Shown here: positions 9,407-19,725 of the stretch, in pieces
Layout: the number at the start of each line of letters is the position of its first letter
How positions within the stretch are numbered: the stretch's first letter is position 1
NCBI GenBank assembly: GCA_041749335.1
Contig: JBGTBM010000009.1
Location: forward strand, 179 to 64,178
DNA length: 64,000 bases
Direction: 5' to 3'
Origin: Patescibacteria group bacterium
GTDB lineage: Bacteria > Patescibacteriota > JABMPQ01
Made by a program: the position numbers and the translations under genes
Notes under the pieces: model-generated
Database searches by the model: none
Told to the model about the DNA's origin: nothing
Seen by the model: only the letters and a program-made list of their open reading frames with translations

Positions 9407-9682
9407 TTAATAAAGTATAACAAATCCTTCCAAGTCTCCAATATATTTTAATTGCTCCACGTCAACGGTTTTTACTTTAGCATAACGAGGCCCTTCTTGA
9501 CACCACTTGATGAAATTTAATAAATTATTTTCATCTCCTTCAGCCAATATGCCGACCGTGCCGTCTTTATTATTTTTTACCCAGCCGCAAATATTCAGTT
9601 TATCGGCTAAGCTCTTAGTCTTTATTCTAAAGGTAACGCCATGCACCCTGCCAGCAATTTTAAGCTGTAATCTTTTCTTCAT
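9407..9682 (-). CDS. acyP: Acylphosphatase
   Basis: About 90 aa with GRVHGVTFR...GWVKNNKDGTV, the acylphosphatase signature. Confidence 0.75.
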   Translation of the reverse strand: MKKRLQLKIAGRVHGVTFRIKTKSLADKLNICGWVKNNKDGTVGILAEGDENNLLNFIKWCQEGPRYAKVKTVDVEQLKYIGDLEGFVILY

Positions 9683-9927
9683 TTTTTTGCTTGGTATTTT
9701 TCCGCTAATTTTATAAAAATTCCCAATGCTCCGCCAATTATCGCCAAATCATCCAATTGGCCCAATCCGGGAATTATGTCAGCGATAAAATCAAAGGGAT
9801 AAATAATATAAAGCAGCCCGAAAACAGGAATTAATTTATAAGAAAAAGGAATGTCTCGATCAAATAGTAGTGCCATCCCCTTTTTAAACTTTAGATACGT
9901 ATTTTTTATTTGATCAATTATCTTCAT
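9679..9927 (-). CDS. DUF1232 (YkvA-like) small membrane protein
   Basis: DFIADIIPGLGQLDDLAII matches the DUF1232 core motif (DxIPxxGxxDDxxxx). Confidence 0.6.
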   Translation of the reverse strand: MKIIDQIKNTYLKFKKGMALLFDRDIPFSYKLIPVFGLLYIIYPFDFIADIIPGLGQLDDLAIIGGALGIFIKLAEKYQAKK

Positions 9928-11170
9928 TTATATTTTGTATTTCTTCAAGCGCTTTATCCAATTGCGGATCTTGGTCTTGATTATAATCTTCATCCGATAA
10001 ATCAATTTCCAAATCTGGAGCTAACCCCTCCCCGTTAATATTTTTTTGAGAAGGCGTCAGCCATTCAGCGATACTAACTCGCAATGAAGAGCCATTGTCC
10101 AACTTTTTCAACTCTTGCACCGAACCTTTGCCAAAGGTTTTCATGCCAATCAACTTAACATTTCTATTATCTCTTAATGCCCCCGCTAAAATTTCCGATG
10201 CGGAAGCGGTGCCTTCGTTTACTAATACCACAATTGGTATATTCTGCAGCCGAGATCCATTCTTAGCTTTAAATTCATTTTTATCGCCATCGGAGAATGA
10301 TTCATAGACAACAATATCACCCGCCGGTAAAAATTCAGAGGCAACTTCAATTGAGCTTTGTAAATACCCTCCGGTATTATTTCTCACATCAAGAATAATT
10401 CCGTCGACGCTCTTGGCTAGAATTTCGGTAACCGTATCTTTGAAATCCTTCGCGGTATCATCGCCAAAATATAAGATTTCCAAATGAACATAGTTTTTAT
10501 CATCTCGATCAATTATTTTATATTTCACGCTATCAATTTCAATTTCATCTCGAGTTATTTCTATTTCTTTTGGTTCATCAAATTTATCACGATAAATTGT
10601 TAATCTTACCTTAGTCCCTTTTTCTCCTCTAATTTTAGAAACCGCCTCAATCAAAGACATACCAGACGTATCTTCATCATCAATTTTCAAAATTGAGTCT
10701 CTGGCCTTGAGCCCGGCTTTTTCGGCCGGTGAAGACTGTAACGGAGCGATAATGGCCAACTGGTCATTCTTGATACCGATCTCGGCGCCAATACCATCAA
10801 ACGTTCCTTCAATCTCATCTTGAAACTGTTCAGAAAGTTCTGGATCCATAAAAACCGTATAGGGATCATCCAATGACTGCAGCATACCATTAATAGAGCC
10901 ATATAACATTTTTTGATAGTCTTTGTCTTTAATAAAATCCTTATCAATAATATCCCACACGTCCCAAAATAGCTCAAAATCAACCCGGCTGGATTTATCC
11001 GAATTTCTTGCGGTTAATTCTTGGTTATTGTTTAAGTATTTTTGGGAAACAAAATTACTCCGACCAATATATAAGCCAAAAATAAAAGCCCCGCCCAATA
11101 ATATTAATACCGCCAGGACACCAAGAATTTTCTTATTTTGCCTTTTCGTATTTTGATTGATATTCGCCAT
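9914..11170 (-). CDS. ctpA: Carboxy-terminal processing protease (S41, CtpA/Prc family), TM-anchored
   Basis: N-terminal TM helix, a PDZ segment, and the S41 catalytic block VNEGTASASEILAGALRD...TFGKGSVQ. Confidence 0.85.
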   Translation of the reverse strand: MANINQNTKRQNKKILGVLAVLILLGGAFIFGLYIGRSNFVSQKYLNNNQELTARNSDKSSRVDFELFWDVWDIIDKDFIKDKDYQKMLYGSINGMLQSLDDPYTVFMDPELSEQFQDEIEGTFDGIGAEIGIKNDQLAIIAPLQSSPAEKAGLKARDSILKIDDEDTSGMSLIEAVSKIRGEKGTKVRLTIYRDKFDEPKEIEITRDEIEIDSVKYKIIDRDDKNYVHLEILYFGDDTAKDFKDTVTEILAKSVDGIILDVRNNTGGYLQSSIEVASEFLPAGDIVVYESFSDGDKNEFKAKNGSRLQNIPIVVLVNEGTASASEILAGALRDNRNVKLIGMKTFGKGSVQELKKLDNGSSLRVSIAEWLTPSQKNINGEGLAPDLEIDLSDEDYNQDQDPQLDKALEEIQNINEDN

Positions 11171-11177
11171 TTATTGT

Positions 11178-13142
11178 TTAATTTAATTTGAAGATAAACG
11201 TCTTGTCTGTTAACAAATCAGAGGTTAATTCAACATTGCCATTTATTTTTTTTACCTCGCCTTCACCTTCAAAGCTTGTATAGTGATAATTCTCGGGCAA
11301 AGTGGCAATTATTTTTATTCCCGGCTTAATTGTTCCAATTTGTTTTTGAGCTAATATTTTGTACACATTATTTTTTAAATAATCCATGCTCTTTTGAGGC
11401 AATTCATATTCAAAAGTAACGGTTTTTGATTCTCCCGGCTCAACATTAAGAAAAGTGCCGAAAGCTTGTTTGCCAAATTCTTCCGTGACCTCATAATCCT
11501 TGTTTAAATTTGTATAATATTTAGGATTTTTTTCATTGCCGTCAACCCGAATTATTTTACTATTCAGAGGTGCGTAAACTCTTGTCCAGCTGCGATATCT
11601 GGTCGTCAGCCAAGAAAATCCTAAAGATGTGTTGGTATAATTTAGATACAGTTTTACTCGAGGATATTCGCCGGTAAAATCAATATTATAGTGCCATGCC
11701 CTTTCCATAAATTGATCAGTCTTGCGGCTAGCCATATTTGAATCAACTACCATTAAATAATCCGTATCATCGGTTACATTTTTAATATCTCCACCCCAGC
11801 CCTTATCGGCAACATAATCTTGTATTTCATCGTTTTTAAAATACATTAAGAAATGTTTTTCCTCCATTGACTCACCGATCGTCAGCAACAAATCATCCCA
11901 TTTTTCTCTTTCAAGCTTAAATAATTTATCAATTAAAATATCAGCGATTTCACCGATAATACTTTTACGGTATTCTTCGGATATCCCGATTTCAACGAAC
12001 CTGCGCTCTACGTAATATTGCAATAAAGTAGTAAAATTTTCGCTATTAAATTCTTTAGGCTGCCCGGGAACATTAATCGGGCCGGTAATCTCCATTAATT
12101 TTTCAATAAATTCCGGTGTCAATGCGATAATCCCATTAAATTCACCTTCACCGCCCTCAGTATGATAAAACCACTCAGCTTTTTCTGCGTTAGCGGGATA
12201 ATCAGGCGTCCAAGACGAATCTCTAAAATACCAAGTTCTAATGCCGGGACTAAGCAGGGTCTGAATCTGCCACGGCATTTCAACAGTACCTTCAAATTTA
12301 TCGTCTAAATTATAAGAATCATCAGTTTTAATATCAATCAGTTCAGCGTCTTTTATCTTAATTACGCCGTAGCTGCCGATAAATCCTCCTCCCGGCCTCA
12401 ATTCATCATTATTATAAAATAACATTAAATAATTTGTGGGATCGGGATAACCGGCGATTTCCGGCAAGAATCTGGTGAGAATTTGAGCTCCGCTCAAGAC
12501 TTCTTTTAGCGTCGGCAAATATTGATTTACGAGATCTTTCGCTTCTGTTATTTGAGATAAAACTAAATTATCCGGAATTTTGTCCATTTCAATTTGAGCT
12601 AGATCAACACTGCTAATTGCCATTTGAATTGCCGGCGTTGATTGCTGTAATTTCTTGAGTATTTGCTCTTTTTCCTTGGTATCCAAATCATTAAATGAAG
12701 TTTTTCCGGTAATAATCGGGCTAATAGCCTCCGTCAAAGCGCCTGAAACCGAAATTAAAGAATCATCCAATAAAATAGCTGCATTCAGCAAGCTTTCAGC
12801 GGCTTTATACTGTCTGCCCGCATAAGGCAGATATTTTATTAGAAATAATTTTTTTAAATTATCTCTGGCCTGTTCAAAATCGTTTTGCGATTGCTGCAAA
12901 GCTTCATTGGCAGCGGAGAAATCTTGTTTTTTAATTTCTTCTTGAGCTATTTCTAAATTACTTTTTCCGGAAAGAGCTCCCTGATAGGCGTTGACCGCCG
13001 GCTTATATTGGATTGCGGCCATTAAAATCAACACCGCCAAAATTACTCCCGTTGCAATTAAAACCTTTTTTGCTCTAGATAATTTTTTTCTTTTATTTCC
13101 AACTTTGGTTTCAGTGTTAGCAATAACCTTTTGGTTTTCCAT
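11178..13142 (-). CDS. Large TM-anchored extracytoplasmic protein, DUF4012-like (cell-envelope associated)
   Basis: N-terminal TM helix, then a coiled-coil or alpha-helical region, then the conserved block LRPGGGFIGSYG that I recall from the DUF4012 family. Family assignment is from memory and not verified. Confidence 0.45.
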   Translation of the reverse strand: MENQKVIANTETKVGNKRKKLSRAKKVLIATGVILAVLILMAAIQYKPAVNAYQGALSGKSNLEIAQEEIKKQDFSAANEALQQSQNDFEQARDNLKKLFLIKYLPYAGRQYKAAESLLNAAILLDDSLISVSGALTEAISPIITGKTSFNDLDTKEKEQILKKLQQSTPAIQMAISSVDLAQIEMDKIPDNLVLSQITEAKDLVNQYLPTLKEVLSGAQILTRFLPEIAGYPDPTNYLMLFYNNDELRPGGGFIGSYGVIKIKDAELIDIKTDDSYNLDDKFEGTVEMPWQIQTLLSPGIRTWYFRDSSWTPDYPANAEKAEWFYHTEGGEGEFNGIIALTPEFIEKLMEITGPINVPGQPKEFNSENFTTLLQYYVERRFVEIGISEEYRKSIIGEIADILIDKLFKLEREKWDDLLLTIGESMEEKHFLMYFKNDEIQDYVADKGWGGDIKNVTDDTDYLMVVDSNMASRKTDQFMERAWHYNIDFTGEYPRVKLYLNYTNTSLGFSWLTTRYRSWTRVYAPLNSKIIRVDGNEKNPKYYTNLNKDYEVTEEFGKQAFGTFLNVEPGESKTVTFEYELPQKSMDYLKNNVYKILAQKQIGTIKPGIKIIATLPENYHYTSFEGEGEVKKINGNVELTSDLLTDKTFIFKLN

Positions 13143-13170
13143 TTTTGTTTTTTAGTTATTTTTAATATAT

Positions 13171-14001
13171 TTATTCCTTGGGACCGCGGCCGTACACCTT
13201 GCCGCTATGCATGTATTTTAGAAAATATTTTACCGCGCTATTAATATGAATTCTTGTTTGTTTATTAAACATAGACAAAAATATGCTTGATTCTTTGGCG
13301 GAAGCCCGAGCATAATAATGCACCATTTGTACATGCGGATAATAATAGACCTTCCAGCCTTTCTGCCAGAAACGCCGACACCAATCAACATCTTCCATAT
13401 ACATAAAAAATCTTTCATCCATTAAGCCAACATGATCAATTGCTTTTCTTCTGACCATCATACAGGATCCCAATATCCACGCCACTTCCCGGCTTTCCCG
13501 ATGATCCCAGTCTTTCATTAAAAAATCGTCAATTAATTTTTGTTTTCCGGTTAATTTTCCGAAGGGCGTCCGACGATATAAAACCACTCGCGGAGAGGTA
13601 TACCATTTAAAGCATGAATATTGGATGCTGCCATTGGGGTTAATCAATTGCGCTCCGGAAGCGGCGATGCTCTCATTCTTATCCATATATTCCAACATCT
13701 GATTTAATGAATCTTTTAGAACAGTAATATCAGGATTCAACAATAGAATATAGTCGCTTTGAGATTTTCTAATGCCTTGATTCACCGCCTTGGGAAAACC
13801 AAGATTCTCATCGTTGGCGATTACAATCACTTGTGGAAATTCTTCTTCAATCATATCTATCGTTTCATCTTCGGAATTATTATCAACCACAATTATATCA
13901 TAATCATGACTGGGCGGATTTTTTTGAATAGACTTAATACACTGCCGCAATAAGCTGGGAGTTTTATAATTAACTATAATTACTGATAATTTTTTTAGCA
14001 T
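13171..14001 (-). CDS. Glycosyltransferase family 2
   Basis: LSVIIVNYKT...DIIVVDNNSEDET...NLGF are GT-A motifs. Confidence 0.8.
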   Translation of the reverse strand: MLKKLSVIIVNYKTPSLLRQCIKSIQKNPPSHDYDIIVVDNNSEDETIDMIEEEFPQVIVIANDENLGFPKAVNQGIRKSQSDYILLLNPDITVLKDSLNQMLEYMDKNESIAASGAQLINPNGSIQYSCFKWYTSPRVVLYRRTPFGKLTGKQKLIDDFLMKDWDHRESREVAWILGSCMMVRRKAIDHVGLMDERFFMYMEDVDWCRRFWQKGWKVYYYPHVQMVHYYARASAKESSIFLSMFNKQTRIHINSAVKYFLKYMHSGKVYGRGPKE

Positions 14002-14022
14002 AAAAATTAATATATAAATAAA

Positions 14023-15048
14023 TTAAAACCACCTTCTAATATCAGACGGCTTTAATTTACTTTTAGACAAAATAGCATTTCTTTTTTGCAAAGTCAATGA
14101 CAGCGACAAGATAAAATCAACCAAGCCTTTGATGGTTTTTCTCTCAAATAAAAGTAAATATATAAATTTTTTTAATTCATATAAAAATATTGCCGGGAAA
14201 AATATAATCAAATTCAACAAAAATTGATTTTTAAAAATTAATAAAAAGTGATTGCGGTATGAATAATAATTTACCAGTTCGGATTTCAATTTTCTATTTT
14301 TAATAACGCCAGTATCCACATCCGAACTGCCGGTCTCCCAGCGATGATGATAGGCAAGAGCGCCGGGTATATAATATATTTTCCAGCCTGCATGCCTAAG
14401 CCTCCAGGATAAATCAACATCCTCTTTATAAATAAAAAAATCGTCGTCCAAATAATTCTTATTATAAGATATCGCTTTCACATCATCCAATGCTTTCCGG
14501 CGATATATGGCAGCGGCCGCAGATATTCCAAAAACTTCCCTTTTTTCATCCGGTAAGATTAAGTCATCCTTTTTATTGGCATCGATTTCCACTACCCGAT
14601 GCGATCGAAATATTTTCAATCCCTTAGTGTCAATAATTTTGGTTTTGACAATATTTTTATCTTGCAGTCTGTATTTTAAAATTTTACCGGACACCGCGCC
14701 AATTTCACTGTCCGTGTCTAATATTTCAACAATCTTTAAAATATAATCCCGATCCAAAATAACATCTGGGTTGAGCATCATGATATAATCCCCGGCTGCT
14801 TTTTCAATTCCGATATTATTACCCCGAGCATATCCTAAATTATCCGAATTATTTATAAAAATATAATTATTTTCCCGCGCTAATTTTTCCAAAATCACTT
14901 CGCTGCCGTCTTGCGAGCCATTATTGATAATTATTATTTCTAAATTTGGGTATGTTTGATTTTTTAAAGTCCGCAAACAATCCGCAATGTATTTTTGGGC
15001 GTTATAGCATAAAACAATGACGCTAACTTTGAAATTTCTCTTTAACAT
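14023..15048 (-). CDS. Glycosyltransferase family 2
   Basis: VSVIVLCYNAQKYIADCL...EIIIINNGSQDGS. Confidence 0.8.
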   Translation of the reverse strand: MLKRNFKVSVIVLCYNAQKYIADCLRTLKNQTYPNLEIIIINNGSQDGSEVILEKLARENNYIFINNSDNLGYARGNNIGIEKAAGDYIMMLNPDVILDRDYILKIVEILDTDSEIGAVSGKILKYRLQDKNIVKTKIIDTKGLKIFRSHRVVEIDANKKDDLILPDEKREVFGISAAAAIYRRKALDDVKAISYNKNYLDDDFFIYKEDVDLSWRLRHAGWKIYYIPGALAYHHRWETGSSDVDTGVIKNRKLKSELVNYYSYRNHFLLIFKNQFLLNLIIFFPAIFLYELKKFIYLLLFERKTIKGLVDFILSLSLTLQKRNAILSKSKLKPSDIRRWF

Positions 15049-16600
15049 ATTCAGCTCTTAAAATATAAATAAACAGCATAATAACAATAATATAGCCAAT
15101 TCCCATCGGATGATTCAAATATGGAGTAGTAACGTTGGTAATTATAATGCCAAAAAGCCCCGATAGCATTCCGATTATTAATATTTTATCCTCTTGATGC
15201 AAATTGTTTTTTATTCCTTCCCTAAAAATTTTAAATAAAAACAGTAAATATGCTAGCAAGCCCAATAAGCCGATTTCGGTGATCGTATCAAGGTAGGACC
15301 ATTCAAAAGCAAATACTCTTAACGTTCCGTACTTTTCCGGCACTACACTCTCATACTCTATCGTCGCGCCAAATCCCGATCCCAAAATGGGATGTAATTT
15401 AATTTTCTGAAGCGCGGGACCGATTAAATTAAAACGATTTTGGCCGGCTCCCTCGCTCTGCGGGTGGACAATGCTGTCCAACCGATAAGCCACTAAATCG
15501 TAAAATGTCGGAAACAATGTTCCGCTTAAAATAATAATAATTAAGATCAGGCCGATAATATATAAAATAATTCTCAATGTTTTTTTCCAGGGAATATTAA
15601 AAAATATAAACGCAGTCAATCCGGCCAAGCCCAGCCACAAACTGCGCGAAAAGCCTAAAAATAATGCCGCCGCATTGATTGAAACAATCAAAATCGCTAA
15701 ATAATACTCTTTCTTTTTGAGTCCGCCTTTAAAAAGATAAATTAATAATATTCCCAGTCCGACCAATGAATATACTTGAGCGGCGCTAAAAAACCTGAAA
15801 AAGGGTCCGGCTAAATAAGCTATTTGTCCGATGCTGGTATCTGTAACCCAGCGATAGATGGGAGCTTTTTGATTCTCAAAATCTCGTATCGGCCCGTATT
15901 CCAAAAGTTCGTTTTTGGCAGTTGTTGAATGAGAAATGGTGGAGCCAATTTCCTCTTCATCATCAATTGCCAACTCTGAAGATATGGCCTCTGCCATATC
16001 AGGGCGCGACTCTTGATGGAAGATGGTAAATTCCGCAAAACAATACAGCGTAAACAAACTGACAGCCAGGGACCCGATAATAATTATCTGTAATATATTT
16101 TTAAGATTTTTCTTGCTGATAGCGGCAAAAAATACGAAAGCTAATCCCAAATAGATATATCCATTAAAATCAAAAAATGTATTAGCCAGATTATTTCCAT
16201 AGATAATGCCCAAAAGCAAACCGATTAAGATAAATATTAATAATAAAACATACCAGAAAAAGTATTTGGTTTTAACAAATTTAAACTTATGCGCGCGCTT
16301 TTTAAAAAACCAAATCAAAAATACGACCGCAAATAAAGCTATTCTCAAAGAAAGCGCAAAGCCAAAAACATTAAAAGTAAACAAATACCCTTTAACTCCT
16401 ATGATTAATTCCGTAAGCAAAATATAAACTCCATAATCCAATCTCTTATAGCTAAAATATCCGGCCAGCGCCACAACCGTTAAAAAAATTAAGTGGTTTA
16501 AAATGGGAAATACATATCCCAGGAAGGATAATAAATATATCCCTAAAAAAATTAGAGTATATTTGCAAATATTTTTTATATTTAAAATGTCTTTGATCAT
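15023..16600 (-). CDS. O-antigen ligase/polymerase-like (Wzy/WaaL family) polytopic membrane protein
   Basis: At least 10 predicted TM helices plus a large hydrophilic loop, embedded among GT genes. Confidence 0.45.
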   Translation of the reverse strand: MIKDILNIKNICKYTLIFLGIYLLSFLGYVFPILNHLIFLTVVALAGYFSYKRLDYGVYILLTELIIGVKGYLFTFNVFGFALSLRIALFAVVFLIWFFKKRAHKFKFVKTKYFFWYVLLLIFILIGLLLGIIYGNNLANTFFDFNGYIYLGLAFVFFAAISKKNLKNILQIIIIGSLAVSLFTLYCFAEFTIFHQESRPDMAEAISSELAIDDEEEIGSTISHSTTAKNELLEYGPIRDFENQKAPIYRWVTDTSIGQIAYLAGPFFRFFSAAQVYSLVGLGILLIYLFKGGLKKKEYYLAILIVSINAAALFLGFSRSLWLGLAGLTAFIFFNIPWKKTLRIILYIIGLILIIIILSGTLFPTFYDLVAYRLDSIVHPQSEGAGQNRFNLIGPALQKIKLHPILGSGFGATIEYESVVPEKYGTLRVFAFEWSYLDTITEIGLLGLLAYLLFLFKIFREGIKNNLHQEDKILIIGMLSGLFGIIITNVTTPYLNHPMGIGYIIVIMLFIYILRAEYVKEKFQS

Positions 16601-17475
16601 AGGCTTTTATTTTTTTTCACAGGCCGAAAAAACATTAAAATTTGAGTAAGTAGGGCTAAAAATAGGCTCAATGGATATAAAATAAGAATCACCAGATATT
16701 CCCAAAGAGGTTGATGCTTTTTAAAATATCGGAGCATGCTATTGTTCATCATCAGCTGTTTTTTTAAAGTCATAACTTGATTAAAGCTGGCCGCTTTTTC
16801 ATGCACCACTTCAGCCTCCTCCATAAAAAAAGTTTTATATCCAGCATTTTTGGCCCGCTTGCAATAATCCACTTCTTCAAACCAAATAAAATATTTATCA
16901 TCCAATAGGCCGATTGCCTCAATCACCTTTTTTCTTATCATAAAGCAAGCCCCCATTACTTGATCAACGCTTCTTGTCCGATTGTGTTTCCAATCCAGCA
17001 TATAATATTCCCGAACTGCTTTGAGGTTGGGAAAAATATTATGCAATTTGAGCAAAATAATGACTTGATCATTCAGCGTGGGAAACCTCCGGCAGGATGG
17101 CTGCAAAGAACCATCCGGGTTAAGCAGCCGGCAGCCTAAAATTCCACAATTTAAATTTTTCTTCATGTAATCCACCATCTTATTCAAGGCTTCATCTAAA
17201 ACTTTGGTGTCGGCATTCAATAATAACACGTATTTCCCCTTGGCTCTTTTAATCGCTTTATTATTAGCCGCTGCGAATCCCAAATTCCTGCAATTAACAA
17301 TTAATTTTACTTCGGGATAATTTACTTCTACCATCTTAACGCTACCATCCTCCGAGGCATTATCCACCACAAATATTTCATAATCCAAGTCTTTGGTTCT
17401 TTGATGAATATAATTCAGGCACCATTTAAGCTGCTTTTCAGTATTCCAATTTACGATAATTATGGAAAGCGTCAT
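16597..17475 (-). CDS. Glycosyltransferase family 2
   Basis: LSIIIVNWNTEKQL...EIFVVDNASEDGS. Confidence 0.8.
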   Translation of the reverse strand: MTLSIIIVNWNTEKQLKWCLNYIHQRTKDLDYEIFVVDNASEDGSVKMVEVNYPEVKLIVNCRNLGFAAANNKAIKRAKGKYVLLLNADTKVLDEALNKMVDYMKKNLNCGILGCRLLNPDGSLQPSCRRFPTLNDQVIILLKLHNIFPNLKAVREYYMLDWKHNRTRSVDQVMGACFMIRKKVIEAIGLLDDKYFIWFEEVDYCKRAKNAGYKTFFMEEAEVVHEKAASFNQVMTLKKQLMMNNSMLRYFKKHQPLWEYLVILILYPLSLFLALLTQILMFFRPVKKNKSL

Positions 17476-17479
17476 AACA

Positions 17480-18658
17480 TTAATTTAATTGATTGATAAT
17501 TCTAAGCATGGCATTAGCTCTTACACTCCAGGAATTTTCTTGAGCAATTTTTTTTCTCATTCCGACTTTATCGAGTGTTTCGACCGCTATCGCATCGTTT
17601 AATTTTTTATTAAATTCCTCGTAATCATCAGCGACACTCACCAAATCAGTAAATTTTTCAAGTCCGGCAACCCCGGTAGATATTATCGGCTTGCCGGCCG
17701 CCAGATATTCATACAGCTTCAGGGGATTCATTGACCTGGTAAATTTATTTATCTTGTGGGGAATAATAGCCGCGCTGAATTCTTTAAGATAAGCGGGAAT
17801 ATCTTGATATTTTTTTTGCCCCAATAAAAACAAATTGGAGTATTTTTTCAGCTTTTCAATCCTGGAATTTGGCCAGATCATACCGATAATGACAAAAGAT
17901 TTATCGGGATTTTTTTTCAATAAAGATTCCAATAAATCTACGTCAAAGCGATCCTGGACAATGCCGACATAGCCGATTATCGGACGACCGATATTTTTAA
18001 TATCCTCGAGTGCTATCCCCTCTTTCCGGAACGCAAAATGCCGCGCATCGACTCCATTAGGAATCCAATGAACATTCTGATTATTTTTAAATAATTTTTT
18101 AAGCGCCGAAGAAACCGTGAAAATAATGTCGGCCTTTTTATCGATAATTTCATAATTATTAATTATTTGCTGCTTGATCTTTTGATAGCCGCTGTGCTCG
18201 CTCCAATCATCCACTGCGTCAAATATTTTTAATTCGGCATCAACCTCGTCAAAATATTTAGTGAAGGTGGGAAGATATGACCACAAAATAATATTTTCAA
18301 AATTCAGACCTTCAGCTACCTTATTTATCTTAGCATATATTCTTTTTTCGCCGGATGCGCACATTGAGCAGACAGCGCTATAAACATATAATTTTTCATC
18401 TGCCTGATACAACCTACTTAAAAACCCCCGGTTAATCGCACGCCGCGCGCTTCTATCACAATTTAGAGTAATAAATTTTTTCAACGCCCGTTTATAATTA
18501 TGCGGCAGTAAATCCACTGCCAATACTTTGCCGATCGCTTGGCTTTTTAGCAATTCGCGCAAAATAAAATAATTGCGATTAACAATCCCACGATCCTGCC
18601 AATCGCCATAATCACTCATATTAAAAATGATTAAGTCGCGCCTTTTGTGATTATCCAT
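17480..18658 (-). CDS. Glycosyltransferase, GT4/GT-B type
   Basis: C-terminal GT-B block (PNGVD..., LKLYEYLAAGKPIISTGVAG). Confidence 0.65.
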   Translation of the reverse strand: MDNHKRRDLIIFNMSDYGDWQDRGIVNRNYFILRELLKSQAIGKVLAVDLLPHNYKRALKKFITLNCDRSARRAINRGFLSRLYQADEKLYVYSAVCSMCASGEKRIYAKINKVAEGLNFENIILWSYLPTFTKYFDEVDAELKIFDAVDDWSEHSGYQKIKQQIINNYEIIDKKADIIFTVSSALKKLFKNNQNVHWIPNGVDARHFAFRKEGIALEDIKNIGRPIIGYVGIVQDRFDVDLLESLLKKNPDKSFVIIGMIWPNSRIEKLKKYSNLFLLGQKKYQDIPAYLKEFSAAIIPHKINKFTRSMNPLKLYEYLAAGKPIISTGVAGLEKFTDLVSVADDYEEFNKKLNDAIAVETLDKVGMRKKIAQENSWSVRANAMLRIINQLN

Positions 18659-18783
18659 TTAAGCTAATTTTCTTTATTTTATAAGTTTTTTTAGATAATA
18701 TCAATGAAGATAACATAGTACTTGATTTTTCCACGCATAATTGTTAATTTAAGCATAATATCGCTGACAATAATAATATAATA

Positions 18784-19725
18784 ATGAAAAAATTAATAGT
18801 TACAATTCCGGCCTACAATGAAGAAAAATACATTACTGATGTCATTAAGGAAATTCCGCGTGAAATTCCCGGAATTGACAAAGTTGAAGTATTGGTACTT
18901 GATGACGGCTCTATAGATAATACGGTTAATGTCGCCAAGGCCGCGGGCGCTGATTACGTGATTTCACACAATACCAATAAAGGGCTGGCCAAAACCTTCA
19001 AAGATGCTGTAGAAGAAGCCTTAAATCGCAATGCTGATATTATTGTTAATACTGATGCCGATAATCACTACGATCAATCTAAGATCCCGCTTTTGATCGA
19101 ACCGATTCTTAACAATCGAGCCGATATCGTGATCGGATCGCGCGAGATAAAAAATTTAGACCACATGCCCACGACCAATAAATATGGGAATCTGATGGGC
19201 AGCTGGTTTGTCTGTAAACTGGCTAATTTGCCTCACGTTGACGTGTCTTCCGGTTTTAGGGCTTATTCTAAGGAAGCGGCTCTCAAAATGAATGTGCTTT
19301 CCCCCCATACTTATACCCACGAAACATTGATTCAAGCGAATGACCACAAATTAACGATTGTCGAAGTGCCGATTTTGGCTCGTGAAGTAAAGAGAAAATC
19401 CAAGCTGATAAAAAGCATCCCCAAGCATATTGTTAAATCATTGTCAGTAATATTCAGAACATTTACGCTTTATAAACCGATGAGAGTATTTTTGGTAATT
19501 GGAGGTATTCTTTTCGTTCTGGGAATGGTGCCCGTTATTCGCTTTGCGTATTTTTATTTTAACGGCTCCGGAGCCGGCCACATCCAGTCATTGATCATCG
19601 GCACCATGATTGTTTTGATTGGCTTTATTACCACGGTCATGGCGATGTTGGCGTCGGCTATCGGTTGGAATAGAAAAATTATCGAAGAAATATTATTTAG
19701 AGTAAAAAAAATTGAAAAAAGATAA
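18784..19725 (+). CDS. Polyprenyl-phosphate glycosyltransferase (GT2, DPM1/GtrB-like) with C-terminal TM helices
   Basis: IPAYNEE...VLDDGSIDNT...DADNHYD, then two C-terminal TM helices. Confidence 0.75.
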   Translation: MKKLIVTIPAYNEEKYITDVIKEIPREIPGIDKVEVLVLDDGSIDNTVNVAKAAGADYVISHNTNKGLAKTFKDAVEEALNRNADIIVNTDADNHYDQSKIPLLIEPILNNRADIVIGSREIKNLDHMPTTNKYGNLMGSWFVCKLANLPHVDVSSGFRAYSKEAALKMNVLSPHTYTHETLIQANDHKLTIVEVPILAREVKRKSKLIKSIPKHIVKSLSVIFRTFTLYKPMRVFLVIGGILFVLGMVPVIRFAYFYFNGSGAGHIQSLIIGTMIVLIGFITTVMAMLASAIGWNRKIIEEILFRVKKIEKR

